Source: Octopus sinensis | Taxonomy: Eukaryota | Length of the DNA stretch: 64,000 bases | Assembly (NCBI RefSeq): GCF_006345805.1 | Contig: NC_043004.1 | Span: 33,232,001 to 33,296,000, forward strand | Direction: 5' to 3' | In this document: positions 50,812-63,930 of the stretch, piece after piece | Layout: every line of letters starts with the position of its first letter | Position numbering within the stretch: position 1 is the first letter of the stretch | Program-made: the position numbers and the translations under genes | Notes under the pieces: model-generated | Database searches by the model: none | Told to the model about the DNA's origin: nothing | What the model saw: only the letters and a program-made list of their open reading frames with translations

Positions 50812-51720
50812 GTGTATGCATATGTATGCATATGTATGCATACACTTACACACACATACACAACATTTATACTGGTATGAATGTATCTATATGCCACTCT
50901 CATTAGCTGTAACGAGGTGTGCTGATCGTGTGAACGACCGACCAAAAGGCCTAAAAGCGATATTATATGAGATCCAATGAAGGAACATCCTTCATGGCTA
51001 GTAATCTTTCAACTCTTACACCACTGTTAGCTCCTTAATGCTCTGCAGGTTGACTAAACAAGGCCCATAGATACGACAATCATTATAATGAGTAAGGACA
51101 CATCATTCTATGTACATTACACTGAGATGACAACAGTGTACAGATATCTGAAGGAATACATCTTGAGTACATTTATAATAAATTATTTTGATCTTGAGGT
51201 TGACAGTTCTTGTTAGCTGTAGCAGTTCTTAGAATTTTTAGTTGAATTAAAATAGGAATCTATGTATCATAAGTAATGTATATACTCACAGTTGATAGAC
51301 CAGTTACTGCAGTATTTTATCCTGAGATAACATCCCTTATGGACTTAATGTATTAAAAAAAAACAATAAATAATAGGGAGACACACAAAAATTCATTCCA
51401 GTAGGGACCAGTGAGAGCATCAGGACTATTTTGGACTGTTTGGGACCTTTTCAATGGTGGTACTCACAGCCAGCTATTTGCAACATCAAATAATGTTTTA
51501 TTCATTTATTCCTATGTCTAACATTACAAGTTCTCATCTGAACATAAGGCTGGTCGCAAGTATGTGCCACTGAAAAGGCCTAATAATGCCAAAATGGATT
51601 TGGTGCCCTCGCATTGGTAAAGTGGATGCCAACTTTGTAACCATACATAACCATTTAGAAACTTTCTCACTGGTTCCTGTGAGCAGCTCTGCTTTCCCTC
51701 GTCTCTCTACTAAGCCATAC

Positions 51721-51777
51721 CAATAAAATCTCCAATAGGTACTGCATTAATAAGAACTTCTCCATCTTGGAGATGAA
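51721..51777 (-). CDS. Candidate internal exon (57 bp, phase 1-1)
   Basis: Acceptor aaacatttctctgtag| and donor ATTG|GTATGG; open frame xHLQDGEVLINAVPIGDFI. Confidence 0.4.
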
Positions 51778-52564
51778 CTACAGAGAAATGTTTAAACCTT
51801 TAAGAATTTCTCATTCAGAGCAAATTTTTAAGGTTTTAAACATTAAAAGAAATAACCAATGGACTGTGATTTATATATGGAAGCTTTTGATAATATTTTG
51901 AAAATCCTCAAACTGGATACTGTGGCATGTACCAAAGTGGTGATAGGATTCAAGGGACTTACAATGGTTTACACAAACAGATTACTAAAGTTACACAGTT
52001 CACAGAACCAGTTCTCTAAATTTTCCTACTGACTCAGTGTGGCATCTTAAAGACTATAAACACACTGGAGAATGGAACTAACAGGAAGTTTTCATTTCAA
52101 TGACTAAATGAAATCCAAGGGGCCCAAATTACACATTTTTAATCCTCATCAGAAAAATTTAAACCAATTAAAATATAACAATTATGCTAATTTGAATCAA
52201 TCAAATGACAGAATCACACTTGGAACAATTTTTGTTTTTCAGTTGGTCCTTGGCTTCAGCAAAATATAAAATATTCATGATGGTGATCTTTCTAAAAATA
52301 ACAATTAATCTCCCATACAAGCAAGTGACTATACTCTTCATACCAAGTTACAGTAGCTGGCACCGTCCATCTAGTCATAAAAATTTCATGTTCCCAATTA
52401 TCATATAAAAACCTGATAAACCTGTGAAGCAAGGAACCATGGATTGTGAGAGAGGAAATAAAAGGTTTCTGAATATATGAACATGGACACATATGCATAT
52501 CTATGCATGTAAATATGTGTGTGTGTGTGTGTATATGCAGATATATTCGTACATATCATACATG

Positions 52565-52870
52565 GGTGCAGGAGAGGCTGTGTGGTAAGAAGCTTGCTTC
52601 CCAACCACATGGTTCCAGGTTCAGTCCCACTGCATGGCTCTTTGGGCAAGTGTCTCCAACTATAGCCCCGAGCCGACCAAAGCCATGTGGATGTATTTGG
52701 TAAATGGAAACTGAAAGAAGCCCATCGTATGCACACATATATATTACAGATAGTAAAACGGATGGTTTATACCTGTAGCTTATGTGGAACCAATGCTAGA
52801 TGTGTTGAAACAATTGTGATAAATAATAAATTCTTGTATATTCCATCCTCCGTCTTTCATTTGCCATATA

Positions 52871-52901
<31 letters not shown>

Positions 52902-53150
52902 TGTGTGCGTGTGTGCGTGCGTGTGTGTGTGTGTGTATGTATTTGTGTGTCTGTGGTTGTCCTCCCACTGTCACTTGACAACTGATGCTGGTGTGTTTAT
53001 ATCCCTGTAACTTAGCGGTTTGGGAAAAGAGACCAATAGAATAAGTACTAGGCTCAGAAAGAATAAGTCCTGGGTCCGATTTGTTTGACTAAAGGCAGTG
53101 CCCCAGCATGACTGCAGTCAAATGACTGAAACAATTAAAAGAATAAAAGA
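52565..53150 (+). mobile_element. SINE family A with ~120-bp unique insert in its microsatellite
   Basis: Head 52565-52735, insert ~52748-52868, tail half to 53150. Confidence 0.85.
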
Positions 53151-53246
53151 ATACATATATATATATGTATATATATATACATATATATACATAGATATAT
53201 ATGTAAATGTATATTTTTATATGCATATATGCATATATGTGTATAA

Positions 53247-53305
<59 letters not shown>

Positions 53306-53308
53306 ATA

Positions 53309-53824
53309 CTAGCAGTATCGCCCGGCGTTGCTCGGGTTTGTAAGGGAAATAACTATATAAGCATTTTTAGAGAGTTACTTCCTTTATAGATGCCAGTTCG
53401 GGCTTTCTTAGCCATTTCTGTTTTGGTGTCTTCAAGCCATGAAGTCGTTGTTCTAAAAGAACGCTGGTCTCCTTGACACGCATTACGACGTTGATTTCCT
53501 TAAACTCCCTTCCCCACAGCTTCACGAGGGAGAGAAGAAGGGGGAGAAGCAAACACAGGTGCAGGTGTTTGAGCGTGGACGCCAACTCCGCCGCCATCGA
53601 CACACGAAAAATTATGCATTAAAATGGAATAAAAAATGATGTTAAATTATTTTTAAAATCGTAGACTCATCGTAGACGCACGCTAATACTCAGACGGGCT
53701 CGATATGAATCACGACTATAAGATACCCGAATTTGGTTAAACTGCACCGCAAAATGTGGGAGGAGTTAGGAATCTAAATCGTAGGAGACAGACACTCACA
53801 CAACTACAGTTTTATATATATAGA
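53309..53824 (-). mobile_element. Non-autonomous Helitron, complete ends
   Basis: Minus strand: A|TCtatatatataaaac ... cccgagcaacgccggg hairpin ... CTAG|T; no TSD; CpG-rich. Confidence 0.9.
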
Positions 53825-53974
53825 TATACACATATATATGTAGGTATGTATGTGTATGTATGCATGTGTGCGTGTGTTTGTGTATTTATATACACACACG
53901 CACATATTTCTACATATATATTTTTGCAAGCATATGCTCGATGAAATTATTATCACCATTATTATTATCATTAC

Positions 53975-54018
<44 letters not shown>

Positions 54019-54034
54019 ATTATTATTATTATTC

Positions 54035-54146
54035 AGGCTGTGAGCTGGCAGTATTGTTAGCTTGCCAGGCGAAATGCTTAGCAGTATTTCACTTCCTGCT
54101 GTGTTCCGTGTTCATATTCCGACAAGGTCAACTTTGCCTTTCATCC

Positions 54147-54182
<36 letters not shown>

Positions 54183-54414
54183 GTTTAACGTTTGTTCTCC
54201 ATGCTAGCATGGGTTGGACAGTTCTACCGGGGATCTGGGAAGCCAGAAGGCTGCACCGGGCTCCAGTTTGATCTGGCAGTGTTTCTACAGCTGGATGCCC
54301 TTCCTAATGCCTTTCAGGGTCGATAAATTAAGTACCATTGAAACATTGGGAGGGTCGATGTAACTGACACATCCCCTCCTCCAAAATGGCTGCCCTTGTA
54401 ACAAAATTTGAAAC

Positions 54415-54415
<1 letters not shown>
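54035..54415 (+). mobile_element. SINE B2 interrupted by an inverted RTE 3'UTR fragment (54150-54310)
   Basis: gcctttcatcctt|catcatc...cttcctaatgc|ctttcagggtcgataaattaagtacc. Confidence 0.8.
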
Positions 54416-54495
<80 letters not shown>

Positions 54496-54712
54496 CTTAT
54501 TATTATTATTATTATTATATTATTCTTATTATTATTATTTATTATCATTATTATTATTATTATTATTATTATATTTTATTAATTATTATTATCATTAATT
54601 AATTATTATTATTGATTATTATTATTATTATATTATTATTATCATATTATTATTTATTATTATTATTATTATTATTAATATTATTATTATCATTATTTGT
54701 TTTATTATTATA

Positions 54713-54743
<31 letters not shown>

Positions 54744-54854
54744 TATTATTATTATCATTATCATTAATTATTATTATTATTTTATCATTATTATTATTTA
54801 TTATTATTATTATTATTATCATTTTATTATTGTATTATTATTATTTTATTATTA

Positions 54855-54885
<31 letters not shown>

Positions 54886-54940
54886 CATTATTATTATTAT
54901 CATTATTATTATTACTATTATTATTATTATTACTATATCT
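54415..54940. repeat. ~520-bp degenerate (ATT)n array
   Basis: Directly visible. Confidence 0.95.
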
Positions 54941-57230
54941 ACCATTTTTGTTTTCCTGACAAAAGAGCTTCTCTATTGGTTTTGATATTGTAATGTTTTA
55001 GTAAACCTAACATGACATCAGAACCATTATGAAAGAATGATTGGTCATCTCATTTCACATCTTTCTGACATTTTAGATTTCAGCTGGCACTTGAGCAATG
55101 CAACTTGTTTCCACTAATTATATATGCCAGCTCTTCAATTATTCATCCCAAATGACATAAAAATCTCATCTCTTTAAGAATTATTGGTAGAAACGATTCA
55201 ACATAGGTTAATGGAAACACAGTTCTCAAGGCAAAACAAATTCCAAATTCTAGTCAGCATGAACTTAACAAAAGAGTAAATAATTTAAACTGTGTTCTGG
55301 TTGCAACATGATATGGTTTTGTGCCCATTGTTCCAGTGGGACACTGTTTGATGGCCTGCTACATATCCTATTGGATATATAACCTGACATTTGTTGCTCC
55401 CTCTGGAAAAAACAACAATATATTACCTTGTTGCTTTTATATGAAATTTTCACTTTTGTGTAAGAGATATTTTCAAGGTGAAACAGTTATGTCTTCCCAG
55501 TGTATTTTATCGTGGTATTATTGGGTTTTTTTTCTTTTTGAGCAGCAAAAGCAAACTTTGCTTAAGTAGACATATAAATTATTCTCATTTTAAAGATTCT
55601 AGATAATACTTTTTGGTTAGGTTTGGCTTCTACACCAGCAGATTTAGTGACAGTAAATGCTAACACCCTTGATAAATTTCTTGATACGATGATATTATAG
55701 TTCATGCCAATACTAGCAGAAAGTTGTTAAACAGCCGCAGTCAGCTCTACTGAAGCAAAGATATGGCAGAGAGATAACCAATTGAATATTTAAGAGCAAG
55801 CCATATGTTCAGCGCTCAATATATAAAAATATAAAGTACCCAGTGTTATGGCTTGGATTATTTGCCAACGTTTGGCCAGTTATAGTTGCTATTTCATCTT
55901 TCCTGCAGCTATGCAGCTCTTGGATTTTACTATTTAAACATGTGACATCATTTGAAATGTTGTAGAGAGTCTGTTTAGCAGGATCTCGTTACTACAGTGA
56001 CTCTATAGAAGTTATTCAATTCATAAGGTGTTGAAATCATTCATGGTTCACAAGAAAATGCAAGAAAATTCGGTAAAGATGGGAAAAGTAAAAATGACAT
56101 CCACCCCCATGGAGTTGGATGAACAAGGTGAGGATGAACATACACTGTGTTTCCAATAATACTCCTGCTACAATGTTCTGAGTTATACACATCAGATTAA
56201 GTACTAGGCTTACAATGACTAACCCCTGGGGTCGATTTCCTCAACTAAAGACGGTGCTCCAACATGGCCATAGTCAAATGACTGAAACAAGTAAAAGAAA
56301 AGAATAAAAGAATCGATGAACAACAATAAAAAAAATGTGTCTAGTGTCTTCTCACATGAATCCAACAGTCTAAAGGTAATATACATTGAATATATTGAGA
56401 CTAGTGGCCTCATCTCAATTGTTATAGTCACAATGTTTAGGCTGTTGTATCCTCCGGCCGTCTTTAGGTGATTGTTGTATTTATGACATCAACATTATCG
56501 TTTTATGTCCATTTTCCATATTTGCATGGGTTGTATGAGTTGTCACAGTTCAGGTTCAATTCTTATTTGCTATTGCTATCCTCCTAGGTATGGCTCAACA
56601 GCAGGATGTCCTTCCTTTCACCAACTCCATTACAAAATATTTTGGGAGTATTCTTGTTTTGTTCTCGTGATAATACTAGAGTGGCTGTCATATCCACAGC
56701 ATGACAAGACTAAAGGGTTTTGTTAATCAAACAAGGTCCCTGCTCATTTGCCAACCTCTGTACAGAGTAAAATAGATTCATTTGCCATGGTGCCAGGAAG
56801 AGTGAGGATGTCTTGTACTCTGCAAGACATAAAGGAATCCTCATAAAAGTTGCACAGAGCAGCATTGATTAAAATATATTTGTGTAAAGTGTTTACCTGA
56901 ATATATTTCATCCAACTTTGGTTTGTGTGACTTCATTTCATTTTAGCTTGACCAAGCATTATACACAACAGTAAACATGCTGTATGTTGTTCTAATAAGA
57001 ATGAAAAATTTGTTCTTACTGAGTTGTAAACGACAGGTTTGCTGTTCATGGTTCACAGTGCATAAGAATGTATATATACATGTTTGTGTGTATGTATATA
57101 TGTGTGTATATACATATACATATATATATATATAGAGAGAGAGAGACGATAAGGAGTGGAGCAATAATTAATAATGAGAAGTGGATTATTGGTGTTTTGA
57201 AGTCATTATTTAATTAAGATGTGAAGATAC

Positions 57231-57510
57231 AGGCGCAGGAGTGGCTGTGGGGTAAGTAGCTTGCTAACCAACCACATGGTTGCGGGTTCAGTCCCACTGC
57301 GTGGCATCTTGGGCAAGTGTCTTCTGCTATAGCCCCGGGCCGACCAATGCCTTGTGAGTGGATTTGGTAGACGGAAACTGAAAGAGACCGATAGAATAAG
57401 TACTGGGTTTACAAAGAATAAGTCCTGGGGTCGATTTGCTCGACTAAAGGCGGTGCTCCAGCATGGCCGCAGTCAAATAACTGAAACAAGTAAAAGAGTA
57501 AAAGAGTAAA
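57231..57510 (+). mobile_element. SINE family A lacking the microsatellite region
   Basis: The join gaaactgAAAGAgaccgatag connects the head half directly to the tail half. Confidence 0.9.
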
Positions 57511-57749
57511 TACTTTCATCTTAAATAATGACTTATGACTTTAAAACACTAATGATCCACTTCTCATTGTTAATTATTGCTCCATTTCTTTTCTTTTCTA
57601 TATATATATTAAGCCACGGTTTTACCTTTAAATTACCTACTACCGTATACCTTATAACAAGGACCATACATACTGGGGTAATACACCAGGAGTGCCTATA
57701 GATACATCTATCCCTTAGAGGGTTACATAACCTCTAACTTATATATTAC

Positions 57750-57851
<102 letters not shown>

Positions 57852-57856
57852 GTATG

Positions 57857-57887
<31 letters not shown>

Positions 57888-57890
57888 ATA

Positions 57891-58095
57891 AAGTTAATCT
57901 AAACATGGAAACACAAAGAAAAAACACAACAACGTGAGGATGTGGAACAAGTATAGTGTTATTGGACGCTCAGGAAAGGAAAGAAAGAAGGAGGGTTTAA
58001 CGTTTCGAGCAGAGCTCTTTGTTAGAAACATAGGAAAAGGAAAGATCCAAGGAAGGGAAGACTGAGGAAAAAATCACCAACAGTACACACGCAGC

Positions 58096-58100
<5 letters not shown>
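57891..58100 (-). mobile_element. Family H2 copy with hammerhead motif at 57995-58029
   Basis: Minus strand: gttt-CTAACAA-a-gagc-tct-gctc-GAAA-CGTT-aaac. Confidence 0.75.
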
Positions 58101-58138
<38 letters not shown>

Positions 58139-58139
58139 C

Positions 58140-58480
58140 TTTCATCTTTTATTTCTTATCTTTTACTGGTTTCAGTCCAGGACTGAGGTCATGCTGGTGT
58201 CCCACTTGTAGTTACTCAGCATTGTTTTCAGTATTGCTTTTGGTGAAGTAGTGAGTTGGACAGAGCTGCTCTTCTTTGTGTTTCCTGCCACGACGTGGGT
58301 TCATCTGATAGAAACCTGTCCAGGCATTCCTTGAAAACTCCCACATCAACACCATATAGATCTCTAAGGTTACCTAGCAGGATGTTGAACAATTGTGAGC
58401 CCTTGAAACCCAGACTACTGCAGTACTGTTTCTTACTTTAGATGAGGATCTTTGATGATGCAGTGACGTCCAGTTTGGCA
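58140..58480 (-). mobile_element. 3' end of an APE-type LINE whose tail resembles the SINE A tail
   Basis: YCSSLGFKGSQLFNILLGNLRDLYGVDVGVFKECLDRFLSDEPTSWQETQRRAALSNSLLHQ; 3'UTR ends ccagcatgacctcagtcctggactgaaaccagtaaaaga. Confidence 0.8.
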
Positions 58481-60256
58481 CATATATACACATATACATT
58501 TATACATATGTGTGGATGTATGTGTTTGTCGTTGTCCCGACACTGATGGCCATCCATTGTTGGTTTGTTTATGCTCTTTTACCTTAGATGTTTAGCAAAA
58601 GCGACCAACTAAATAAGTACCAGACTTAGAGAGAGTATAAGTCCTGGCATTGATTTATTTCTCTATACCATTTGAGGCAGTGCTCCAGCATGGTTTGCAG
58701 TTCAATAACTGAAACAATCAAAGACTATGAAGTAATTACTTCAGAACATACAAGACTCAGGTTCTCCAACGAAGAACTCTAACATTGGTTCATTCCTGAT
58801 ACAACAAACATATTTCGTGTTTCACATTCTGCTACACATCATTGAATTCTTTCAAAATGAAATTCATGGCTTTATGAAAAAACACTGAACTCAGCTGCTG
58901 TGTTACCTTTTGATTATTGAAATTATCAACATCTAATCACCTAAAAAGTCATTATCACTCTTATTCACACAGTCAACATTTTTCTTGTTAAGGTAATACA
59001 GGAAGACTAGATCATGACTTCAGACAGGAAACCAATAATTTCCAATTGAACACGTTTTTAAATATTTAATTTATTTTGTTAGTTTTGCTTTTGTTAAAAG
59101 AAACATCATATTTTGAGTGGAGTGTAGAAGTGATCGTGACTGCTTAGTCGCATTGTGACAGAGTCAAAAAAATAATTTTAAAATAATGATGCTCCCTCAA
59201 AAAATTCAAGGCCCAGAGTGAACATAAAATGGTAGAGACTGATTGAGATTATTTTTCAGAAATACACTAGTCTGAAAAAGATATTTTAAAGACGGACTAA
59301 AATAACATTTCTTTTTGAGCTGAATACATATATAGCATGCAGTAATGCCATGTTACCAAACATGTAAGTTCACTCTGCTGCTCATTATCATTGGTTGTTC
59401 ACCAAAAATGTGTGTTAAAGAAGTATGACATGTTTATTGTAGTACTAATACTGCAGTAGCTGAGTTAAGTATAAGTTTTCAAAGATCATAAATATAAGCG
59501 ATGTTGTGCATATTTTTTTCTCCAAATATCTGGTTTCTCAACACATCACAATGGCAATTTGGAATTCATTATAGTCTGTGCATGTTTCTCTGACTTCAAG
59601 AGAATCTTACTTGGCATAAAACTACCAGGAAATATTGATTCTACCCAGACTCGGTTGATCCATCCCTATCAGACGATCACATCAATAATTTGAATTTTCT
59701 TGACCAGAGGTATCTGTCAATGAACGATTGGCTGTATTGATTTCAATTATGAAACTAGTGTGAACCAACTTTTTAATTATTCAATACAGGCACAAATTTA
59801 CTGACAGTTTTATGAAATTTTCACACCTTGTTTCTTGCAAATAAATAAGAAAAAAAAAAACTAGAACTAAAAATATAACTAAACCAAAAGAAATAAAAGA
59901 AAGAGGACAACCTCTCTTTTCCTTCATCTCTAGAAAGAAAGATGGCTATTTTGAGAATATCTATTTTTCTTGTTTCTCAATACTTTTAATGACTCATTTT
60001 CCAATTTCCTGCTATAGTACCAGTCCTTATTTTATCCTGTGTAGTAGAATAAAAGCAAACAAAAGCTTGTATTTTATGGTTTGAAGCCTTTTGCCTATTA
60101 GCTACTGGAGATTGATGGAGTTTTAGGAAATTGAGAAAGAAATGTATAATTAAATCATTAATTATATAAAAGAGAAAGTGACAATAATTTTGAAATGGTG
60201 GAGTATTTTCTTCAACTACTAAACAACAATATAAATTAAGCATTAATTTCACTAAC

Positions 60257-60307
60257 TAAACACAGCTTCTTCAGTCCTGAAGAAAGCCATGAGCATTGTC
60301 AGTTTTC
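60257..60307 (-). CDS. Candidate exon (51 bp, phase 1-1)
   Basis: Acceptor ataattattcgtag| and donor TTTA|GTTAGT; open frame xKLTMLMAFFRTEEAVF. Confidence 0.25.
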
Positions 60308-60999
60308 CTACGAATAATTATAGAGGAAGCTGATCATAAATGTAAGAAAAAAAAAAAAGGACAATTTTCCGTCACTGCTATAATTTTACAATTCCATTTA
60401 TAACACAAAATATTCCAAGATATAAATAATGTAAATTACATAAACATATTAAAAAAATCTTTGAAATATTACTTATTAAACTTAAAGGAAAATGTTGTCT
60501 GTAAAATTTGTGTAAATATCATAGAATTGTTTTCTTTTCTTCAAAATATTTTCTTTCAACTTTTAATATCTACAGTATAAATTGCTTTTTCTTTAATATT
60601 TTATGGAGCAAAATCTTGGAATATGCTTAAATATTGTGTTTTTAAAGCATTTCTCAATGCCCCAAATTGCTGCAAGGTTTTTGAAATGCTTGCAAGTTAC
60701 AATAAAAATAAATTATATTTTTTTAACACAATGAATATGTTTAGTGAGTGCCACTGAGTCAAATAGAATTTTTACACAATCAAGTCGTTAAATATTTGAT
60801 TTTCAATTTAACCTTACCCTAAGCCAGAATATCAATTGATGGATTTTTAAGTAAACTGATTTTAATTATATTTCTACCTAAATTTTCCCTTAAATTTTAA
60901 ATTAAAAAAATTCCTTTTTTTATGACTATTACTCATTATTCAGAGTTTAGGAAAATTTTGTTCCATCAATCAGAAGTTTAATTCAAAATTTTATAAAAT

Positions 61000-61800
61000 A
61001 ACAACAACAAAAAACAGCGGAAAATGAGAGAGGGAAAAGTTCAAAGCGGCATCACAGCATGTTGACTTTGAAAGAGAAATAACACGCAGAACGCAGAATA
61101 TCTCAGGACTTTAATTGATTGTTTTCCAAACTTTCACATTTATTTCATCTTTTTGATCAGCTTTGAAGATTTGTCAAATTGTCATACACGCATGATCTTA
61201 ATTCTAAAAACATGCTTTCATTTTTGCAAATGTTTCAGGGCAAAATCAGATAAATAATGAAAAAAAAAACAAACAAAAAAAACAAACTAAAAAAGAAGAA
61301 AGACAAGGAAAATATTAAAGGTTTTAAGCAGATTAAAAAGATAAAATAGACAATAAAGAAAATCTAAAAAGTAAAAATAATTTCATGCAACATTTTTACT
61401 GCCAAAATAAATCTCTCATAAGAGAAAAACCAAAACTTGATTTATCTCTGCCAAACTAAGTTTACTTTTCACGTTTTGAATCTACTTAGATGAGATACAA
61501 TAGGCTGAAATAGATTATAGCATTGCAAATGATGTTTGCAAAGGAAACGTCATGGGTGAGTTGGCCCTCGCTAAACTTCTCATAGATAATAACCTGAGCC
61601 TGAGTGCCAATTAGAGTTAAAGACATGTCAATTATATTGACACGTATGATGTATATCCATTGCTTATGCTAATGTCATACTTCTGTTGTGCATTCGCTGC
61701 GGGTGCAAATATATGCTGGCATTTATGCACATACGTAAATATGATCTTCATTTACCGTAACAGGCACAAAACGTGACCGTGTGATTAACAAGTTTGGTTT
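61000..61800. promoter_or_regulatory. CpG-retaining non-repetitive region, possible promoter
   Basis: About 15 CpGs counted by eye versus about 3 in the preceding 1.1 kb; lies upstream of the minus-strand exon candidates. Confidence 0.25.
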
Positions 61801-61941
61801 GGAACCATGTGATTTCAATTTCAGTTCTACTGTCTGGTACCTTGGGTAAGTGCCTTCTACTCTTATAGTTTTGGGCCAACAAAAACCTTGTCCTTCTGAG
61901 TGGTTTTGGTAGATGAAAACTGAATGAAACCTGTTCTATCC

Positions 61942-61994
<53 letters not shown>

Positions 61995-62010
61995 CCTATC
62001 TATCTATCTA

Positions 62011-62047
<37 letters not shown>

Positions 62048-62169
62048 TTATCAATATATCTATCTATCTATCTGCCTGTCTGTCTGTCTGTCTGTCTGGC
62101 TGGCTGGCTGGCTAGCTGGCTGGCTGCCTGTCCATCTGTCTGTCTGGCTGGATGTCCTGTCTGTATGTA

Positions 62170-62329
62170 CAGTAATCCCTCAACTATCATGGATGTTATA
62201 TTCCAACCCCAACCCCACATTAAGTGAAAATCCATGAAGTAGAAACAGTACTATACTGTATATTTTTTTATTTTTAAAATTTGTATATATTTATCTCCTA
62301 ATATAATAATGAGCATAGTGTTTTTATAC

Positions 62330-62367
<38 letters not shown>

Positions 62368-62494
62368 AATAAAATTAAAAACAGAACACAAAGGATGTTT
62401 TTAATTTTATTTGATATATTCTCTCTCACCTCTGCCACTATCTGATATATACAGATGCTTACACTTATCAAGTATTCACCATAAATTTACAGTA

Positions 62495-62534
<40 letters not shown>

Positions 62535-63569
62535 TATATATTTGTCTAAAACCACACAGTAGGTGTGAATGGTGAAGGAAGAGGAGAGAAAGTAGTAATT
62601 CAGTGAAAGAGAAGTAGTGAGAGTAATAGCAATGAATGAGAAGGAGTGAGAGAAAGTAATAGCAATGAGAGAGAGGAAGTGGCAAAGAGAGCTTCCTGTA
62701 TCTTCCACTATAATAATCTACTATAATAATACTCTTGTGTATTTCTCCATCACAATATATGAATGAGAAAGGAAGGGGTGATCCACTGATGGAAGTGGGA
62801 TGGTGAAAAGTCAACAGTGAAACAAAAGTCAAACAGTGCTTCAACTCTGTGTGTGTTTGTAAAAGGGAGGAATGTGAATGTTTGTGTGTGTGTGTGTATC
62901 TGTTTGTGTAAAATATATTTATCTATTTGAGTGTATATGTGTTTGTGTATGTTTATTTAGAAAGATATATAGAAAATGGAATTACAGACACATGTGCATG
63001 GCCGATGCCAGTACTGCCTGCCTGGTGCTTGTGCCAGTGGCACATAAAAGCACACACTATGCTCTTGGAGTTGTTGGTGTTAGGAAGGGCATCCAGCCGT
63101 AGAAACCTTGCCACATCAGACTGGAGCCTGGTGCAGCCATCTGGTTCACCAGTCCTCAGTTGAACTGTCCAACCCATGCTAGCATGGAAAGTGGATGTTA
63201 AACGACGACGACGATGACGATATATAAACAGACACACATAAAAAGGAAGGAAGCAGGCTGTGATAAAGTATAGAAAACTGCGTGCTACTCATACTTATAA
63301 ATGTATACATATGCACACACACACACACAGTTGAAGCATTATTTGATTTTTTTTTTCACATTTTTTTGTACCCTTTTTATACATAAAATACTACAATTAG
63401 CCATCATTTGTGATGGCACAGGGCCAGTTACTGTTATAATAAAGGCAAAACAACACCACTGAGGAATAGACGTAAGGTGAAATAATAAACCACGTTAAGT
63501 GAACCATGACAGGTGAACCGTGACAGGTGAACCGTGATAGGTGGACTGTGATATGGTGAGGGATTACTG
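62170..63569. mobile_element. MITE of the 3055 family, expanded by microsatellites and a nested RTE tail (62990-63225)
   Basis: TA|cagtaatccctcaactatc ... ggtgagggattactg; subterminal segments match 3055-3278 in reverse orientation. Confidence 0.7.
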
Positions 63570-63649
63570 TCTGTCTGTCTTTCTGTCTTTCTATGTAGAT
63601 AGATACATATAAATACATAGATACACATAGATGTGTGTGTGTGTGTGTG

Positions 63650-63880
63650 AGGGTGTGTGGCCTAGTGGTTAGTGTGTTGCACACATAATCAAAAGATTGT
63701 CGTTTCAATTCCTAGACCAGTTGGTATGTTGTGTTCTTGAGCAAAACACTTCCTCTCACATCGCTCCGCAATCACTTCAACACCTGATCTGTGATACACT
63801 TGTGCACCTGTTTAGACAACATCGATTTGATGGAGAGAGTGAGCTTATATGCAGCATAAACATTTGATTACTATAAGCAA
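63650..63880 (+). mobile_element. SINE family D
   Basis: TGGCCTAGTGG A box, GTTTCAATTCC B box and ttgagcaaaacactt. Confidence 0.85.
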
Positions 63881-63930
63881 ATTACATTATTTACATTTGA
63901 TGGATATTTGTCCTCATCTTGTTTGTTCTT

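Noticed and set aside
56750-56998. Two-exon start MKSHKPKLDEIYS|EYKTSSLF...
   Set aside because: Splice signals are plausible, but the frame ends soon or relies on a weak donor, and a start here conflicts with the upstream exon candidate.
60257-60307. ABC-transporter identity for GKLTMLMAFFRTEE
   Set aside because: Only superficial similarity to the post-Walker-A segment; no Walker A or other ABC exons found.
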